This document shows positions 57,041 through 64,000 of a stretch of 64,000 bases of DNA, one piece after another. Origin of the DNA: the human T2T-CHM13v2.0 reference genome, Homo sapiens. Under the pieces are notes generated by a model. It had not been told where the DNA came from, did no database searches, and saw nothing but the letters and a program-made list of their open reading frames with translations. The translations under genes were made by a program, and so were the position numbers. Each line of letters opens with the position of its first letter. The stretch's first letter is position 1. The stretch lies in the NCBI RefSeq assembly GCF_009914755.1, contig NC_060936.1. The stretch is one strand, 5' to 3'.

Positions 57041-57395
<355 letters not shown>

Positions 57396-58269
57396 CTAGG
57401 CCTGGCTGTCAGTTAATGGTAGAGCTAGAATTTGAACCCCCAACCTATATGACCCCGAGTTCAAGGTTCTTTGCTTCATGCCATGCTGCCTCGTTCTTCA
57501 GGGGCTGGTGAGAGTGGTTTGAGCCCACACTCTGACAGTCTGAGTCTGAAATCTGTTATGATGTCAGATGACTATGGAATTTGAAAGAAAAAAAAAAGTG
57601 ACTGGCATTTTACGCTCTGTTTCACAGCCAGCCAGTAATGGGAGGTTGGAAAAATTCTGGAGTCTGAAATAATTCGGGCAGGCGCAGCTGCAAATGAGAA
57701 AAGTCTGTGGTCAGGAACCGCAGAAGGTGAACACAGCCTGGAGAAATGCTTGCCCACGTGTCATGACGGAGCCCAGAATCCAAGGAAAGGTGCCAGATGT
57801 GTTTGTTGAAGGAGAAAGGAGGCTCTTCCATATTTCCTTCCATTCCTTGTGCAATTTTGAAGCATCAAGACCTGGCACCTAGAGAGAGAGGTATTGAACA
57901 CGTATGCTCTTCCTTCCTTTTATTGAGCACCTGCCAGGAACTGAACTCGAATTATTTCTGTTAGCAGTTTCTGGAAATCCAGCTAGCTGGTCCTTCCTCT
58001 GCCCAGAAGGTCCTGTACCCACTCGTTTATGCTGAGGGGGTGGGGGGAAAGCAGAAAGGAGGATGAACCCCTGAGGCCCTGTGATCTTTGAAGAATAAAT
58101 GGTTCAACTATTTGGATGCCTAGTTAGGTATGTTTGTTAAGAACCCCCATCACCTCCCTGTCTTACTTCTTCTCTTTCCAGGAGTAACTCACTTACAGTT
58201 GAACTAGAAAGCAGTTGGTTGTCTGGCCCTGTCGGTGTTTCCATCCTATTTTCACACCATGTCCTCTAT

Positions 58270-58622
<353 letters not shown>

Positions 58623-58863
58623 TAAACAGGCAGAATAAAGAGGATCAAATTTGACAACTGAAGGCGAGGAAATTAGCAACTGAATTTTCCCTGCCTGGAT
58701 CTTCTTCTTTCATATCCTGTTATCAAAACAATATTGATGGTGTTGTGTTGAAAGGAGGTTTCCTCATTCATTCATCCAAGCGTAGGTACACTCATTGATT
58801 GGTTAAAAGCACAACCTTTGGAGTCAAACAGAACCACGTCTGCCACCGGCTGGCCTTGGGACC

Positions 58864-59170
58864 TGTGTTAGTATCCTAGAGCTGCCATAACAAAATACCA
58901 CAAACTGGGTGGCTCAGCATAGCAGAAACTTCTCTGAAGGCTGTGGATCCTTCCTCACCTCTTCCAGCTTGACTTACGGCCTCATCACCCCAGTCTCTCT
59001 CTCTGTTTCTCATCTGCCTTCTCCTCTTCTGTCTCTTTGAAGGACACTTGTCTTTGGACAGTATCTTTGTAATTCTCCTGAGTAATCCAGGGTGATCTCA
59101 TCTCAAGATCCTTGACTACATCTCCCAAGTCCCTTAAATGGGACTTTGACCACCATTTAGCCCACTAAAC
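58864..59170 (-). mobile_element. MLT1 (A-C type) LTR inside a MIR
   Basis: tgtgttagtatcctagagctgccataacaaaataccacaaactgggtggct. Confidence 0.8.
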
Positions 59171-59625
59171 AACCTCAGGCAAGTTATTCAACCTCTCTGT
59201 GCTTTGGTGGTTTTAGCTGTAAAATGGAGATGCCCGTACTATGTATCCCGTAGGGAGAATAAGTAGAAGGCTCTTTCAGTGTCCGCGCATAGCGTGTGTA
59301 CCATCAACAGCAGATACTCTCGTTTACTGAGTATCCGCCCTGTGCTCAGACATTGTGCTCGGCTCACACTGCATACCCTGATGAGCTGAGTCCCACGCCC
59401 CCTCTGATATAGTCTGCAGAACCTGTGTTTAATTCCTGTGTGCATCTGAGGTCTACCCAGTGATGGGAGTGCCCAGCAACTCTGCAAAGCCCAGTTTTCC
59501 TACAGATAGAGAATGACCCATGGCCCCACCAGTAGGGAGAAGTTTGGAGGCAATTCTAGAAAGTTTCTCAGCTTATTCCAAGATATCTTTCTGGCAATTT
59601 TTGGGACAGAGGAAACTAGCAGCTG

Positions 59626-60071
59626 TGTGATGGTTAATACTGAGTGTCAATTTGATTGGATTAAAGGATGCAAAGTAATGATCCTGAGTGTGTCTGTGAG
59701 GGTGTTGCCAAAGATTAACATTTGAGTCAGTGGGCTGGGAAAGGCAGACCCACTCTTAATCTGGGTGAGCACCATCTAATCAGCTGCCATTGTGGCCAGA
59801 ATATAAAGCAGGCAGAAAAACCTTGAAAAGGCTAGACTGGCTTAGCCTCCCAGCCTATATCTTCCTCCCATGCTGGATGCTTCCTGCCCTTGAATATCAG
59901 ACTCCAAGTTCTTCAGCTTTGGGACTCGGACTGGCTTCCTTGCTCCACAGCTTGCAGATGGCTTATTGTGGAACCTTGTGATTGTGTGAGTTGATACTAC
60001 TTAATAAACTCCCCTTTATATATACATCTATCCTATTAGTTCTGTCCCTCTAGAGAACCTTGACTAATACA
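59626..60071 (+). mobile_element. MLT2A1-type (HERV-L) solo LTR
   Basis: tgtgatggttaatactgagtgtcaa...ctctagagaaccttgactaataca; perfect TSD agctg. Confidence 0.93.
59653..59663 (-). promoter_or_regulatory. DUX4-type double-homeobox motif TAATCCAATCA
   Basis: Plus strand tgattggatta; fits TAAYBBAATCA. Confidence 0.65.
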
Positions 60072-60724
60072 AGCTGGTTCTTAGAAGTCAAGCTAGACCT
60101 GCATCCTGTCCTCACTCCAGCCCCAGCCCACCCGGCCTAGCCACTGTGGTCTTTTCTCAGTATTTGGAATTGACAAGGACACTTCTTATCCACCACACAG
60201 TAGGTGTTCCACAGAGGACAGGGCTGTGAGCATCGTGAGAACAGCAGCATGTTGCAGCCCAGAAACTGGGCATCCGAGAAGGGAGTTGGTCTGATAGAGA
60301 GCTGGCAGGAGTGCCTGTCCCTTCTTTGCAGTTCTCTTGGGTGACCTTGAGCAGGACCCCACGCTTCTCTAAGACTCAGATATTCAGTTAGAGTTTGATG
60401 GGGTTGATTTAGAGCAGTTTTCCAACCTAAAAAACAAAACAGTAAGACTTGCTTTAAAATCTTTCCCCAAATCCCATTTTATGTAACTCAAATATCTGCT
60501 GAGGGCTCCCTGTCCTCAGTCCTACCCCCATGAAAGTCCAGTGGCTTCCCTAGGATTTTTTTCAAGTATCCCTACTTGCCCAGGTAGCAGATGGCCTGAT
60601 AATTTAATGCAGTTCAAAGGAGCAGGTTGCTGGAATTTAATTAAGAAACAAACACTTTGAGAATGCTTGCTCTTGGAGACAGACTTGAGGGCTGGTGATC
60701 AGGGTCATGAGGTTGCATACCCCC

Positions 60725-60763
60725 AGGGGAGTTTATTAAGTAGTATCAACTCACATGATCACA
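60725..60763 (-). repeat. 39-bp inverted copy of 59977-60015 (3' part of MLT2A1)
   Basis: 37/39 identical to the reverse complement. Confidence 0.93.
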
Positions 60764-61886
60764 TGATGGGCCAGGGGGCCCATTCACAGCAGAGACCAGG
60801 GGAACCAGCTGGGTGGAATGAGGCCCACATGGCTGTGTGCAGTGGCCTGTGGCCTATGAGGGAGACATGTTTGTTCTGTGACCTTCTCCTCTTGCATTCT
60901 ATCCCTCCAGGCACTGACCTGCTGGGTCTATGCAAGTGGAGCACTTAGAATAAGCCCAGACTCCTTTTCATGGCCTGAGAATCCTTCCATGATCTGGCCT
61001 CTGCCTGCCTGCCTCTCCAGACCCTCCCAGGACCAGTCAATTGATTCCTGCCTCTGGATGTTTGCAGTTGCTGTTTGATCTGCTTGGATCATTCTCTCCA
61101 ACCCCTAATATTCCCATGACCACTTCACTCTCCTCATTCAGGTCTTCAGGGTAAATGCTACCTCCTCTGAGACAACTGTTTGGAGCACTTTGTCTACAGC
61201 CGCTCTCTGTCTCCTGTTACCCCCAGCTGCTTAACCCCTCTGTGCCTTGGCTTCTCACCTATAAAATAATGGCACTGTACCACATAGGATGGTTATTAGG
61301 ATGGAATGAGTTAATACAGGAAGAATACTTAGACCTGGCATAGGAAGTACTCAATGAATGTTAGTTATTTACATGATCGTCCTCATCGTTAATTTCAGCC
61401 CAGACTTGCTAACCTTGATTCGAAGTTTCAGACAGCTTTCTTACACACATGCCACAGGAACCAGAGTTAGGTGAAGAGCATGCCTAGCAGAGGGAGCAGC
61501 ATGAACCAATGCCAGACACAGCACTGTGACCTGGGAAAGCCCAGGCGGAGTGGTATGGATCAAGTGTGATGTTTGAGGAATGAAAAAGGAAATGGTGGTG
61601 GAGGAGTCACTAGAAGACCTTGTAGGCCAAGTTGAGAGGTTGGCAGTGGGGAACCAGTGAAGGGTTTTCAGCAGATGTGCACGTTGGAAAGATGGCCCTG
61701 CACCTTTTTTCCCCACATGAGAGTCAAACCCAAAGCAAGGGTCCTCGTTACTCCTCTGAAACTGCTCTCTCAGGGACCTCAGTTTATACATCCAGTGGGG
61801 GGATTTCCGATGATGTCCTTCTTGATCTTTCTGATCCACTTGAGAGTTGACCACACCATCTCTCCTAAACCCTTCTGCATTCTTGG

Positions 61887-62248
61887 TGTATTAGTCCATT
61901 TTCATACTGCTATGAAGAAATACCTGAGACTGGGTAATTTATAAAGAAATCGAGGTTTAATGGACTAACGGTTTCACATGGCGGGGGAGGCCTCACAATC
62001 ATGGCGTAAGGCAAAGGAAGAGCAAAGGCATGTCTTACATGGCAGCAGGCAAGAGAGCATGTGCAGGAGAACTGCCTTTATAAAACCATTAATCATATCA
62101 GACTTATTCACTATCATGAGAACAGCACGGGTAAAACCCACCCCCATGATTCAATTACCTCCCATCAGGTCCCTCCCATGACATGTAGGGATTATGGGAG
62201 CTACAATTCAAGATGAGATTTGGGTGGGGACACAGCCAAACCACATCA
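61887..62248 (-). mobile_element. THE1C-type MaLR solo LTR
   Basis: Complete LTR; TSD cttgg/tttgg; DUX4-type motif tgattcaatta at 62147-62157. Confidence 0.92.
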
Positions 62249-63469
62249 TTTGGCTTCTTTGATATGTTACTAGATCTTCTGAGAGGCAGCACATTGTGCT
62301 GGAAACAGCCCTGACTTTAGGCCTGGATTAGAATCACAAGCTCATCACTGCCTTAGTTGTGGGACTCAGGCAGTTTACTCGACTCTCACCTTCAGAAGCT
62401 TTTCTGCACCCTGGGGATTAAAAGACCCAGCTGAGTATTGACTTTAAGTATGTAGAGGACACTACCCCATCCCACTGCTTCCTTCTGTCTCCTGCTTTCT
62501 ATTTTTCTTCCTGCCCCTAAATGTAGGTATTTTCCAAGGGAGCTGCCCGAATCATTACTATTCAGCTGACACAAGCCTTGGTTCCAAATTTTCATATCTC
62601 TTCTACCAACTTTCTAAGCTGTTATAAAAGAGTAGAGAGGTTTCAGTAGAGAGGAAGTCTACTGAAGGATTATTGTTTGAGGCTTTTCTTTTTCCACATA
62701 CATTTCTCAATGTGCTGAGTCTATCGAGAAAAATTTTGTCTCCAAGAGAAGGTGCAAGAATAGGCAAGAAACACAGTCCTACTGAGAGGCTTTTTAATTA
62801 GCCTCATACATGGATTGATTTTTCTCTTCCTGTTTAAATTGAACATCTCTGTAGTTTTAGAGCGAGTTGCCACTTTCTCCAAATTGCATGAGGTAAAGAA
62901 AAAGGAGAGATCTGTTACTAAGTGAAGTAGACAGAAGGGATTTCCTTTAAATACCCACAGCACGTGGACTTCTCTGCTGGGACCTTCCACAGCTGAGAGG
63001 GATGGCAAGTACTGACCAGATAATATATTGGTGCCAGAAGGGAGCACCCGCTCTGTGCCTCTTTAATGACGAGAAAGAGAATCTGCTTAGACTTTCTTAG
63101 AATTTAAGGCAAAGAGAAAAAGCCTGCAAAGCTCTTCTGCTAAGAGAAAATATAAAAAGTGCTGAAATGCTTCAGAGAAAAGGAAATCATGCATTTCTAG
63201 GCCTAGCACTGAATTGTTCGGTAAACGATATAAGCCACCTTTGACAGGGGTCCACTTTATTTCTTCTCTGGAACCCCACTATACAGAAATAAAAGTTGGG
63301 CTGCTCAGTCAAAGCAGGGAAGTAGGCTCAAAGTACCCCCTGCGCCTTCCACTTCGGCCTAGAGGTGAGCTGATCTTTGAAGACCATGGATCTCATCCAA
63401 TCTCTTCATTGTGCAGATGGAGAAACTGATGGACCAGAAAGGCCTCCATTTGCCCAAGGCCGGTAATTA

Positions 63470-64000
63470 CATATTTAGCATTTACTCAGGCTCTCGACAA
63501 ATACTTACTGAGCACCTATGGTGTGCCCGGCACTCTTCTGGACACTGAGCTACAGCAGTGAACAAGAGACAGAGTCCTTGGCCTGAGGGAACTTATACTC
63601 TAGTGGGGAAGACAAAGTACAAAGAAAAAAATATATAATGTAATGTCAGGTAATAGAAAATGCTATAGAGAAAAGAAAGGCTGGGAGGTAGATAGGTTTG
63701 GGGAGCTACTTTCAATGGGATAGTCAAGGAGGGGTCTCGAGGAGGTAAAATTTGAGCAAAGAGAGGGATCCAGGAAGATACTGGGGGAGAGGAATCTAGA
63801 TGGAGGAAGGAACAAGCGTGAAGTTCCTAACATGAGAATGGACATGATATAAGCAAGGCCAGCATGGCCAGGGCTGAGTGAGCGAGGACAAGAGTGATGG
63901 AAGATGGGTCAGAGAGGGAGATGGGTCAGAGAGGGAGATGGGCCAGATCTGCAAGGCCTTACAGGCCATGATGAGGCCCTACAGGTTGCAGAAAGTCTTT
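63470..64000 (-). mobile_element. L2 3' region with a 17-bp tandem duplication (63902-63947)
   Basis: caaatacttactgagcacctatg...ggccagatctgcaaggccttacaggccatg. Confidence 0.8.

Overview
Primate (most likely human) non-coding DNA, intergenic or deep intronic. No protein-coding gene, RNA gene or CRISPR array is supported; the listed ORFs are repeat-derived, low-complexity or unrecognisable. Much of the window is interspersed repeat: 17 dimeric Alus plus one monomer, many MIR and L2 fragments, L1 pieces, MaLR/ERVL solo LTRs (MLT1, THE1C x2, LTR16 x2, MLT2A1) and hAT MITEs (MER5A, MER20, MER33, MER45A, MER91A, MER103C). Repeat families were recognised from memory of consensus sequences, so subfamily calls and the boundaries of old repeats are approximate. 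The main structure that repeats do not explain is a set of five local, non-tandem templated duplications (39-278 bp, copies 0.7-3.4 kb apart, two inverted and three direct, about 88-97.5% identical by hand alignment), several with fold-back micro-palindromes at their junctions. Secondary signals are a convergent MLT2A1/THE1C pair with perfect DUX4-type motifs, a twin-primed L1, a four-layer nested transposon, candidate non-coding exons and repeat-free homeodomain-motif blocks that may be enhancers. I cannot name the locus and do not see a novel gene system.
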